64,000 bases of DNA from Carcharhinus amblyrhynchos (Eukaryota): assembly GCA_965287045.1 (NCBI GenBank), contig OZ336874.1, positions 54,932,001 through 54,996,000 on the forward strand, given 5' to 3'. A program made the translations under genes and the position numbers. Each line of letters opens with the position of its first letter. The stretch's first letter is position 1. The notes below the pieces were generated by a model. It ran no database searches, had not been told where the DNA came from, and worked only from the letters and a program-made list of their open reading frames with translations. Shown here piece after piece: positions 53,050 to 64,000 of this stretch.

Positions 53050-53690
53050 ATTTTCACGATCCCTCTTGTGTCAACACCTCTCTACCGTATTCCAAAGTGT
53101 CTCTACCACCATCTTCAGTACCTGCTCTGGGTGATTTTCCATCCTCAAACACCAGTCGTATGGCACCATGGCAACTGCAATTTCCTCCGCATTATGGATC
53201 GCCCATATCCTCGAAGCCCCATCGTCATCTGGGCCATCTCCCTGGCATTATGTGCTCTCTTGTCCTGCAAATACAACATGAAGAGTGCTGTTAGCTTAAT
53301 GTAGAGGGACTAATTTCTTGAGTGTGACAGTGTAGAATAGCGGACATTCACATCTCCATTGTATGCACCTATGGAGTGGCTTGGACATACAAGCCTTCCT
53401 GCTATAAGAGAAGTCCTTTATCCTTGACCAAATCGCCTAACCCACAATGAGTCCATTTCCACATCTGCATTACTTCTGGGGTTGGAGACTGCCATTTTCC
53501 CCTGGTCCTCCCATCTTGGAACAAAGAAACACAACATTCCGGCCACTTTCTCCCGAATCAGGTTTGCAGTCAGGAATTTTCCCAACTCTTGCACTCCTTG
53601 ACTCCAGAATGAAAATTCAATTCTGTGGAGTAATATTGCCCATGACCTCAGGGCCAAGAGCAATATTAGCTGAACTAAAATGATACTCAG
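53050..53690 (+). mobile_element. Possible DIRS-type tyrosine recombinase remnant
   Basis: SYGTMATAISSA, KYNMKSAVSLM and AHDLRAKS occur in the order expected for DIRS YR motifs, but in different frames. Confidence 0.3.
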
Positions 53691-56001
53691 CATCACAAAT
53701 ACACATGTGGACAGGGATTTTTTTTATTACTTGTGGTTGTGGATGAGTTGACCATGAGGGTGGTGAACATACTCACAAAATGTGAAAATAAAATGACATT
53801 GCTCTAGAGTTTCAAGATTTGATTCCAAAATCATTAGCGGTGCCTTCTCATTACTATTACTTTCTACATTTTCCATTAGCTATTTGAAAAGTTACAGTGA
53901 GGAAGAGTCAAAAATAGTTACCATAGGCATTATTTATTTTTATTTACATTTATTTAACTCAAATGTTTCTCCTCACTTTTATATATAGAATCTGCTTCCT
54001 TGATGCAGTAACTCCAGATACTATTTCATTATTTTCTCCCACATGCAAAGGACCCAACATCTATTTTAGGCAGCTACCATGCATGCCTGAAGAATAAATT
54101 GGCCAGATTTGGGATATTTCAAGCATGTTTGAGGCATAATATGTTAGTCCCTAAAATTGGGTCTCACATTGCTCCCATAATTGATTGCCCAACTTCTACG
54201 TCTCAGTTCCTAAACTTAGATTCCTAATGACCAATTGTACCAACTACAATAAAAAAAGTCAGTTTTCAAAAATCACACTTTGGATAAAGTACCTAAAATG
54301 ATACATCAAAGTGAAAGATGACATTAGTCTTTGATTTTATGAAAAATACAAGGAGGCATCATTTTATCCTCATATGGATGGGTGGAGAAAGAACTGAGTG
54401 GGGATTTAAAAATAAAAAGAAGTGGCGTAGTGTTAATATTACAGGACTTGTAAACCAGAGGCCTGGTCTGGTAAAATCTAAATTCAATGAATTCAACTCA
54501 AATCTGGAATCAAAAGCTACTCTCAGTAATGATGACCGTGAAACTATCAGCTCTTCATAAAAACCTACTGTCCTTTAGGGAAGGAAATCTGCCATCCTTA
54601 CCTCGTCTGGCCCACATGTGACTCCAGATCCACAACAACGTAGATGAGTCTTAACTTCCTTCTGACATGGCCAAGCAAGCCTTCTGAAAGGTAATTAGGG
54701 GTGGGCAGAGTTCTGACCTTGCCAGTGATGCTCACATCCCATAAGACCATTTTGAAAGAATGCTCCAATTGCCCCCTGCAATTTTCCATTTACCCCATGT
54801 GATGCCACCCCTTCCTTTTCTTGCCCCAACTGATCATGAACAAATGGAAAGGAGTAAGGCTTCCAATCATGTTTTTCTGACATAACATCGTTGCTGTTGG
54901 AAAGATCTGATAGTCCCCAGCCCGGCTCATTTGGACTTTAATTGGTGTTCTAAAAGATATTCAATATTTGCTGTTTCAGTTGAGGTGTGTTCAATATTTA
55001 GTGTAAAGAGCAGAAAAATGGATGCAATTATTGTGAGTGTTGGACTATTGCCATGTATACGGATTCCAATCAGCGTTAATTGTGCTATAATGTGACACCA
55101 CACAAGACGGTGCAATGGTTTCACTGTAAGGAGCAAGTTGTTCTGGGAAGTTTTTCTGCTTAATCCAGCTTGCCAAATAAAATGAAAATCCAGCCAAAGG
55201 CTGAAAACTTTTGGCTGTAAACTGAGAGCTTACTTATTGTTGGCAAGCACTGAATAATATTCTCAGCTTCTCACCTGTCAATAACAAGTATAGAACTGTC
55301 ATCAAAATAATCACACAAGAGGATTCAAATACTTGATTGCGTGTCACGAAAACAACCACCGCCAACACACTATTCAACCGAAGAATTTGAGTCGAGAGGA
55401 CAGTTGGCAGCATGCTGCCGTGTAGGCGTGCCGAGAAATGGATTACAGCAGGGACATCTCTTTTTTCCACTTGGTAAAGTATTCTTGTTCCTCCACTGCA
55501 GTCTTCCGTTAATGCAACTTTCTTACCATCCAAGAGAACGGCTCTCTTACCTCTGCCAGTGTCAAATGTAACTTGTACCACCACAAAGCAGCTAGCAGGG
55601 ATTCCCTTTTGTTTTTCTCTTCTCCCCTCTGGGATTTGTTTGCCTCCGACTTGATCTTTCCCCATTCACGGCTGGATCTGGAACTTATCATTTAAAGAAA
55701 TTGAGGCACAACCATATTCCAGCATGTTATGACATAACATAGTGACTCTGACATGTGGGCCAATGGTCCTGGCCACTGGGACTGACCACACCAGTGAACC
55801 CTAGCACCAGCCCTGTACCCTGTTTGTGGGGTCATTTGACTGGACCCAGTTGGAAACCATGTCATCAGGAGCACATCACTTTGCCCCTTAGGCCAGAATG
55901 TCCATCACAATTTATCAGTCCTGGATATGGGGATGCTGAAAAGAAAATTTTAAAAATGTACATCTTTAACTCCCTGTGTGGCCTACTTCTGTTTGGTGGG
56001 G

Positions 56002-56301
56002 TGGCATGGTGGTACAGTGGTTTGCACTGCTGCCTCACAGCACCAGTGACTCGAGTTCAATTCCTGGCTTGGGTCACTGACTGTGGAGTCTGCACGTTCT
56101 CTTCGTGTTGGCATGGGTTTCCTCCGGGTGCTCTGGTTTCCCCCCACAGTCCGAAAAACATACAGGTCACGATCATTGGCCATGCTACATTCTCTCTCAG
56201 TATATCCGAACAGGCACTGGAGTGTGGTAACGAGGGGATTTTCACAGAAACTTCATTGCAGTGTTAATGTAAGCCTACTTGTGACACTAATAAATAAACT
56301 A
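56002..56301 (+). mobile_element. V-SINE (alternative tail)
   Basis: Head, V-domain and tail gtaagcctacttgtgacactaataaataaac. Confidence 0.87.
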
Positions 56302-57075
56302 TAGCTTCCTGGACCAGCTGATCCCCCATGAATCGTGCTCAGCCTCCTTTGTGAATCACATTCCTCTGACAGGGTCTGACATTGGAAGCCCTCACACATC
56401 TCCAGCTGCATCCTCGTCTTGTATGGGATGGGTACAGGGGGACATCCCATTCAAGGCAAGCACCTAGACTATGTGAGTGCTGAGCCTTCCATCAGGTTAC
56501 CACCAGAAATGCAGCAGGAGTGATCAGGAAAGACAGAAGAATTTCCAATGCTAATTCACCACGCCACCCTGATCAAAATTGCTGAATGAAATGTTTGCTT
56601 CATGTCACATTCTCAGCCATCCTTGGGGGAGATTATTTCACTGTTGGCAACAAAATCTTTCTCCATTACCATCTACTTATTTTTAACTTTACTCATAAAC
56701 ACAAAATTCAGTCTAGCCATGCTGGCTTTTACTAATTGGCTCAGAGCTGTGATGAACTCCAGAAAGTTCCGCTTTGCTTTCTGTTTGCTCTGGGGAGAAC
56801 AAATATCTTCCTATGTAATATTTTTCACACATTGTCAAAAAAAAACACAGACTCAAAGATAGATAAAACCGCAAATCTGCTGCAGTGTTGTTTATAATAA
56901 ATAACTCTATGGCCAGAATTTTCCTCTCCCATCTGCCTTGGGAATCATAGTAGAGGGGGCATTCAGCTTGGGTGGGATTTTCTGGTCTTGGGGCAGGCGT
57001 GGCTGGACAATCCCGCCCATTGTTTTACAACTAGTTGTTGGCTGCAGTGACCAGTAACCACACTGGAAAAAATAC

Positions 57076-57189
57076 CATCCTTCATGTTCAGCCCATTGCC
57101 CGCACTCTGGAGAACTACCATTTTAACGCAAGTTTTTTTGAGCGCTCAAAATCGAATGAGTTCTGGGGATCTTGCCATTGAAGGGTTAA
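57076..57189 (-). other. Candidate internal exon of an unidentified minus-strand transcript
   Basis: Strong acceptor ccatttcctctttctcttctctgtccag, donor ATG|gtattt, and an internal aaaATGG start (MVVLQSAGNGLNMKD). Confidence 0.4.
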
Positions 57190-59194
57190 CTGGACAGAGA
57201 AGAGAAAGAGGAAATGGTGGCCCGCTCCACACCAAGTGCAATAGCAATGAATAATCTGGACTTTGTTTTTATGAATCTGTTGGCAATGTACTTTATGCCG
57301 GGAGCTGGAAAGAGGATTGCACCCCTGCTCTGTTGGTTGTAAAGCTCCTGAACATATGGAATTCCTTACATTCAGTGTAGTAGGCATTTCAAGGGCAACA
57401 CTGTAATAATCAATCATCTGTTTCACATTTTCCCTGCTTTGTCTAATGAAGACCACTTTTTGGAATCTTGAACCACTGCCTGTCTCAGTCTTTGAAGTCT
57501 GCACATTACCAGGAGACAGTGGTCATGTGTCGAAATCATTACCTGAACTTTCACTCAGACCTTTTGTTCCTTTCCGCCACAACTCAAGTCAAATTAAGAA
57601 ACAACGTATAATTTTTTTGATTTTTTTTCACAATACCCAGCATGTTTCTTTTGGGAACTGAGGAAGCAAATGCCCATAAAAAAGGGCAAAGAACAAACTA
57701 TTAATGTATTGACCCATAATTGGCTATAAATCATGATTAATTAGAGTAAGCTGTAATCCTTGCACTGTTGGTCACCTGAAGAGTCAGCCTTTATTAGTAC
57801 CAGATGCTTTTAACAGCACAGCCTTTAATAATAACAGCAGTTAAACACAAAAGCCCTGTCATTTTGAACTTAGTCTTGTATTTCTGTGGGAAATAATAGA
57901 TGTAAATGATATACTTAACGTGCAAAACTGATGAAGAGAAAGATTACCTGGGGAGGTTTGGTCTCCATTAGGTGTGAAGTGCCTACTAAATGTTGCACTG
58001 ATTTATTGCCAAGAGATACTACAACAGTGTGGCAGGCACGACATTGCTGCTGCATGCAATGCCCTCTCTCTGACCCCCACAACCTATGACGTTGACTTCA
58101 TTTTGATGACATTTTAGGTGAATTGTGCCAGAATTCAAACCCAAAACTTTCTGTCCCCAATCACCACGCAGTCAACTGAATTATCTTGCCTTGCTATATT
58201 AATAATGTACCTAAAGAAAATAAAATCAAAAGAGATTTTGTTGTGGTTTGTAGGCTATTTTAAAAGTTTTTTTTATGAAGTTGCAATTTACAGCCTGGAA
58301 ATCTGTACATGTGGATAAAGCATTCGTGCATAAAATAACTTTGTTATTTTAGTGGAGATATTAATCCAAAATGGGTTAACATCTCTGTTAAAGGAGCAGA
58401 CAAAACCATTTCATACAAATGTCTTGGCCATATATGCACACTTCTAAGCTAACGTATTAAACGAACACATCATAAAACGTCTTAGCATAGCTTGTCAACC
58501 TCAAAAGGGAAATCTGGCCCCAGGATCTCCATGTTTTTCAGCATCCATTATACTTTTGTTATTTATACCGTGAGAAGCCAATATTTTATACCTGTATTTT
58601 ATCAGTCATATTGTACTTCCTGACCAAATTTAAAGTGAAATTTATTTCCTAGTAAATTCATGGGCTTTATTGATTAACTAACAAAATTTCATTTCAAGTA
58701 GCAGAAAAGGCTATAGTTTGGCAAGTGCCTGTCTTTAATGAGTATTAGGAGGTTTCACAGTCAGTGTAAATACTTCACACAGTTTTTTAAAAAAGTACCC
58801 TTGCCCCATTTTTAAAATCGCTTTACTCTTTTGTCTTGATCTCTGTCCCACTCATTTATTACAAAAGGCCCAAAAGAAAGTACTTCCCTGGGCCTCTTCC
58901 ATCAGTGTTGTTTGGGTGGTTAAACTGGCGATCAGACCCTTTGCTACTTCACTGCATTCATGACTCATTCAGTCCCGCTGCCATTTTAACTGCCAGGTTT
59001 CTGTCAGCACCAGGGCTGTCACCTCACGAGTATGGGGGTCTCATAAAGATTGATATTTCAGAGTCTGATCGTGTCATTCAAATCCCAAAACCTCATGTTT
59101 CCAATTTTGCCAGGAGGGTAGAAGCCAGCCAAAGTAATCAGAAAACAAGCTGCAATTCACATAGTGTAGCATGGTCAGTGAAGCTGCGGATGTG

Positions 59195-59660
59195 AGAAAC
59201 GTAGGTAGTGGATCAAGTTGAATCCTGGAAATTATTGTCTCTAAGATCGGACCCCTTTCATAACAAGTGAACATGTAAGGATGGGTTGTTCATAAACATG
59301 TGGACCACTTGAGAAGTAGAGAGATGCCCCAACAGTGTTGCCATCAAGAAATGTTTTCAAACCCAAAAGCACCAAAGCACCTGATGGACATGTTATCAAC
59401 ATAACTGATGTCTCCATGGAAGCAAAGAGTGATGAATCACTTGTGCTAGAAGAGGTATTGCAAGTCCTGTTAATGTTGATCCTCTGGAGGCATGTCAGAC
59501 AACAGAATTATACTGCTCCACAAGGAGCAGAAAATCCCCTCAAAAACTTGATTAATAATTGTCCAACTCATGTACATAATGTTTAGCCAGTATTTAGGAC
59601 GGAGCAAATTAGGTATTGAAGGTTGGGCAAAGGAGTTAAATGGGGAGAGATGTGATAATT
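59195..59660 (+). mobile_element. Gypsy integrase C-terminal remnant + PPT
   Basis: IIVSKIGPLS*QVN...VHKHVDHLRSRE motif; aaatggggagaga followed by tgtga. Confidence 0.6.
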
Positions 59661-60829
59661 GTCTATTTAAGGGCAACATTGCAGGACCAATTTTGGGAGC
59701 TATATGAAGTTGCTGTACAATTCTTATTAATGAATAGCTTTTGTGTTCACTAATGAAGTCTGTAAAAGTGCATCTTTAATGAAGACATTATGAGCAGAGA
59801 GAGAGGGAGAGAGAAGTTTTAAAAGTAGGAAACAAAAATAGTGAGTAATGAAACAAGGTGACAAAAGAGAAGACATGAAGAAGAAAGAGTGAAAGGTAAT
59901 GATAAATGGAGCAGATATATAAATAATAACAGTAACAAAGATAATTTTTCACTTTTTACATTGAAGATGATTCTCTACAAGGGAAAAGCACTTGCTGGCA
60001 ACACAAGGGGGGAAATAAATAGACACAGAAAGGCTAAGGTGGAATATTGCTACATTGAAAACCTGATTCTCATTCTGGAGGGAAAGGAGACTAAAACAGA
60101 CAGATAGAATGTGAGACAAAGAGAAATTAATGGTATTGGTACAGATGGTCCTTAAATTGAACTACCATCAATCCAAAACTGCGTCATGAGGTATCAATTT
60201 TTCAAAAGTTACGTGAAGTATGTTTGCCAGCCATTTAAAGCAAAGCTTCTCAAAGAGAATTTCATGTGTAACACGAGAATGTGAGAACAACTTTGTTGAA
60301 TCCTTCCCTGCCATTATTACTGATGAATAACTTGTATTCCTGTACCTGTACTGCTGTTGGCATGACATTTTAAACAACTCTGTGACTTCCAAAACAAAAG
60401 GCTGCCCATTGTTACAACAGCAAGCAATGAAAGATGACTCTGTGATGCCATAAATCAGGCGGGATTGCTTGTGAAAGACAATAAGCACTAAATGCGAGGG
60501 AGGGAGGGAGGGGGCACTTTCTCAGTGTTGTACAAATGTAGTATGCTGTGGAATGTTTTGTGATTTCCGAGGCAGAGCTACTAATACCAAACCCTATGAT
60601 TTGATGATAATCCATACAGCTGTTGACACACAAATCTGTTTACTCAGCTCGCCAATGGCAAAATCCTGAACTCCTGCTCCCCAATCTGAAACTGTCACTG
60701 AAAACTACAATTACAGTGATTATACTCAAGCAAGATTTTAAATCAGAATCCCCCTGTTCAAAAACACTTAGATTGCAAAGCTCTGTCATTAAAACTAACG
60801 GAAATTTTTATACGACAATGTTTTATAAT

Positions 60830-61245
60830 TATTTCAGCATCTTTAATGTCACAAGATGTTCGTTCACACAACATTATAAAGCAATATTTGATACGGAGCA
60901 AGAGATAGTGCTAATAGCTTAATTAAAGGAGTCAATTTTTAGGAGCGTCTTGAAGGAGGAGAGGCAGCTAGAGAAACTGAAATGTGTAGAGAGGGAATTC
61001 CTGGATTTAGGACATGGACAGCTGAATGCACGGCCAGCATGGCACAATTAAGAGTGGAGGTGTTCAGGAGAACAAGTTTCTACAACCACAAACATTTCAA
61101 GTGTTGCGGGGTTGAAAAGTATGACGGGAAGAGAGAGGGGTGAGGCCAGGGAGGCCTTTGAAAATAGAGATGAGAAATTTGTAACTGCGGCATTGCTTAG
61201 CCAGGGGCCAATGTAGGCCACCTGCACAGGGTGATTAGTGAGTGG
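60830..61245 (-). mobile_element. L2-like LINE 3' remnant
   Basis: tttttaggagcgtcttgaaggaggagagg...gggaattcc; similar to 18720-18990. Confidence 0.5.
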
Positions 61246-61258
61246 GGCAAATAAGAAC

Positions 61259-61420
61259 ACAGTAAAAAGTCTGACAACACCAGGTTTAAGTCCAACCTGA
61301 CGAAGGGACTAACCCCGAAAGCTAGTGACTGTACTGTCAAATAAATCGGTTGGACTTAAACCTGGTGTTGTCAGACTTTTTACGGTGTTTACCCCAGTCC
61401 AACACTGGCATATCCACATT
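61259..61420 (+). mobile_element. Palindromic Penelope pLTR insertion with hammerhead motif
   Basis: Inverted arms; CTGACGA..GAAA core; TSD gcaaataagaac at 61247-61258 and 61421-61432. Confidence 0.85.
61294..61327 (+). ncRNA. Minimal hammerhead ribozyme motif
   Basis: CTGACGA A GGG ACTAAC CCC GAAA GC TA GTG. Confidence 0.7.
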
Positions 61421-61607
61421 GCAAATAAGAACCACAGAGATTTGGATGACCTCAAGTTGAAGAAAAGTTGGATCAAGTAGGCCAGCCAAAATATGTTGGA
61501 AAGCCAGGTCGAGATTTTGATTTGATTTATTATTGTCACATGTATTAACAGTAAGAAGTCTCACAATACCAGGTTAAAATCCAGCAAGTTTATTTGGTAG
61601 CAAAAGC

Positions 61608-61650
61608 CACAAGCTTTCGGAACGCTTGCTGCTCCTTCATCAGGTGAGTG
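61608..61650 (-). ncRNA. Minimal hammerhead ribozyme motif
   Basis: Minus strand: CAC CTGATGA A GGAGC AGCAAGC GTTCC GAAA GC TT GTG. Confidence 0.72.
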
Positions 61651-61996
61651 GGAGATGTTTTCACAAACAGGGCATGTAAGGACACAAACTCAATTTACAA
61701 ATTAATGGTTGGAATGCGAGTCTTTACAGGTAACCAAGTCTTAAAGGTACAGACAATATGAATGAAGAGAAGGTTAACCACAGGTTAAAGAGATGTGTAT
61801 TGTCTCCAGCCAGGACAGTTAGTGAGATTTTGCAAGTCCAGGCAAGTCATGGGGCTTAGAGATAGTGTGACATGAACCCAAGATCTCGGTTGAGGCAGCT
61901 CTGTTTGTAGATTATCTGTAAAGACTCGCATTCCAACCATTATTTTGTAAATTGAGTTTGTGTCTTTAAATGCCCTGTTTGTGAACAGAACTCCCA

Positions 61997-62035
61997 GTCA
62001 TCTGATGAAGGAGCAGTGCTCTGAAAGCTTGTTGC
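61997..62035 (+). ncRNA. Minimal hammerhead ribozyme motif
   Basis: CAT CTGATGA A GGAGC AGT GCTCT GAAA GC TT GTT. Confidence 0.65.
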
Positions 62036-64000
62036 TTGTGCTACCAAATAAACCTGTTGGACTTTAACAGGATGTTGTGAGACTTTTTACTGTGCTTACC
62101 CCAGTCCAATGGCAGCATCTCCACAACATGTATAAACATACAGTGAAAAGTATTGTTTCTTGCGTGCTATACAGACAAAGCATACTATACATAGAGAAGG
62201 AAAGGAGAGAATGCAGAATGGAGTATTACAGTCATAGCTAGAGCATAGAGAAAGCTTAACTTAATATGAGTTAACTCCATCCACAAGTCTGATGGCAGCA
62301 GGGAAGAAGCTGTTCTTGAGTCAATTGATATGTGTCCTCAAACTTTTGTACCTTTTTTCTGATGGAAGAAGGCGGAAGAGAGAATGTTCGGGGTGAGTGG
62401 GGTCCTTAATTATGCTGGCTGTTTTGCCAAGGGAGTGGGAAGTGTAGACAGAGTCAATGGATGGGAGACTGGTTTGAGTGATGGACTGGGCTTCATTCAC
62501 AACCCTTTGTAGTTTATTATGGTCTTGAACAGAGTAGGAGCCAGACCAAGCTGATACAACTGGTGCATCTGTAGAAGTTGGTGAGAGTTGTGGCAGACAT
62601 GCCAAATTTCCTAAGTATCCTGAGAAAGTAGAGGCGTTGATGGGCTTTCTCAACTGTAGCATCCACACAGAGGGACCAGAACAGGTTGTTGGTGATCTGG
62701 ACATTTAATAACTTGAAGCTTTCAACCATTTTCCTTTGTTCCCCATTGATGTAGACAGGGGCACGTCCTCCACTATGCCTCCTGAAGTTGATGACTATCT
62801 CCTTCATTTTGTTGACACTGAGGGAAAGATTATTGTTGTCACACCAATTCACCAGATTCTCTATCACTTTCCTGCGCTCCACTTCATCATTATTTGAGAA
62901 CTGACCCACAGCGAAGGTGTCATCAGCAAACTTGAAAATCGAGTTCAAGAGAAATTTGACCATACAGTCATAGATGTTTAAAGAGTATAGTAAGGGTCTG
63001 AGGACACAGCCTTGTGAGGCACCAGTGTTGGGGATGATCATGGGGGAAGTGTTGTCTCCTATCCTTACTGATTGTGGTCTGTAGGTTAGGAAGTCTAGGA
63101 TCCAGTTGCAGAGGGAGGAGCCACAACGTTTGGAGCTGAGTCTCATAGGAATAGTGATGTTAAAGGCTGAGCTGTAGTCTATGAATTGGAGTCTGACATT
63201 GATGTCTTTGTCATCTAGATGTTCCTGGGTTGAATGGAGGGTCAAGGAAATGGTGTCTGCTATGGACCTGTTGTGGCGATAAGTGAAGTGTAGTGGATCC
63301 AGGCAATCTGGGAGGCCGGAAAGAGGAATAAGGTTTCAGGATACACAAGAGATGCTCTGCAACAACATGTCCATAACTGCATAAAATGGTGTGACTCATT
63401 TTGACAGATATTTACAGCAGGTAGAACTTCTAAACACAAATACGAACAAAAACATCTTGAAAAACTCAGCAGATCAGACAGCATGCATGGTGAGAAACAG
63501 AGAGGCGATCCTTCTAAAAAATGACAAAATGTCAGGGTCTGACTGAAAACCTCTCTCCAGAGAAACACACTGGTTTTCTCTCCAGGCCTTCTGATACTTT
63601 GGCCCCAAAAAATCAACTGGGCTTGTTTCATGCCATCATGTTGAGAGGTGGGGCCTCAATAGGTCGACACAGCCTGGCTGCATTGAGATTGGGCTGCCAT
63701 GTTAAATAGTCACTCCGATCAGAGGAAAAAAATAACCTCTCCATCCCACCACAGAGGACTCAAAAGCTCCCCTCCGCCTCCCCCCATGATCAGAGCCAGT
63801 ACCTGAATCCCCCCGACCCAAACAGTTAATGTTAGCTCTCTACCCCTCTGCCCCCAGCAGACAATGTTGCCCCTCCCACCTCCCCCCCAAGGAGTTAATG
63901 CCACTCTCCTCCCCTCAAACAGTAAGAAGCACTGTTACTCCCCCCCAGTTTTCCCTCAAACATTGGACACCTTCCCCCCGATGCCCCCCCCACCAAACAA

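Larger units (their letters stand above)
61551..62125. mobile_element. Penelope inverted pLTR pair with 13-bp TSD
   Basis: Minus-strand pLTR 61551-~61900 and plus-strand pLTR ~61905-62125. TSD acatgtat(t/a)aaca at 61538-61550 and 62126-62138. Confidence 0.88.
61511..63312 (-). mobile_element. Rex1/Babar-like LINE (RT remnant), tail interrupted by Penelope
   Basis: 242-aa ORF with VRLQFIDYSSAFN, GASQGCVLRPLLYSL, FKFADDT and KAHQRLYFLRILRKF; (aaatc)n tail at 61511-61530. Confidence 0.92.

Noticed and set aside
55234-55665. 143-aa ORF with hydrophobic C-terminus as a single-exon gene
   Set aside because: No family similarity recognised; crossed by several splice donors; a length compatible with chance.

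Overview
This is eukaryotic, not prokaryotic, DNA. V-domain HE1-type SINEs and CR1, L2, Rex1/Babar, Penelope, Harbinger and Gypsy relics point to a repeat-rich intergenic or intronic region of a cartilaginous fish (shark) genome. No intact host gene is recognisable. The standout is a minus-strand LTR retroelement (4333-9612) with ~0.82 kb LTRs, a tRNA-Arg-like PBS and a PPT. Its pol is missing and replaced by an intronless CIRBP/RBM3-like cDNA joined in frame to the Gag C-terminus just after the CCHC zinc knuckle, which resembles retroviral transduction of a host gene. Also present: a TEX2-like retrocopy fused head-to-head to a Rex/Babar LINE end inside a Gypsy element, five Penelope-borne minimal hammerhead ribozyme motifs, a Penelope insertion that captured an inverted copy of its own flank, a 16-bp minisatellite, and a possible spliced minus-strand transcript near 55-57.5 kb. 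All calls were made by eye and most repeat boundaries are approximate.
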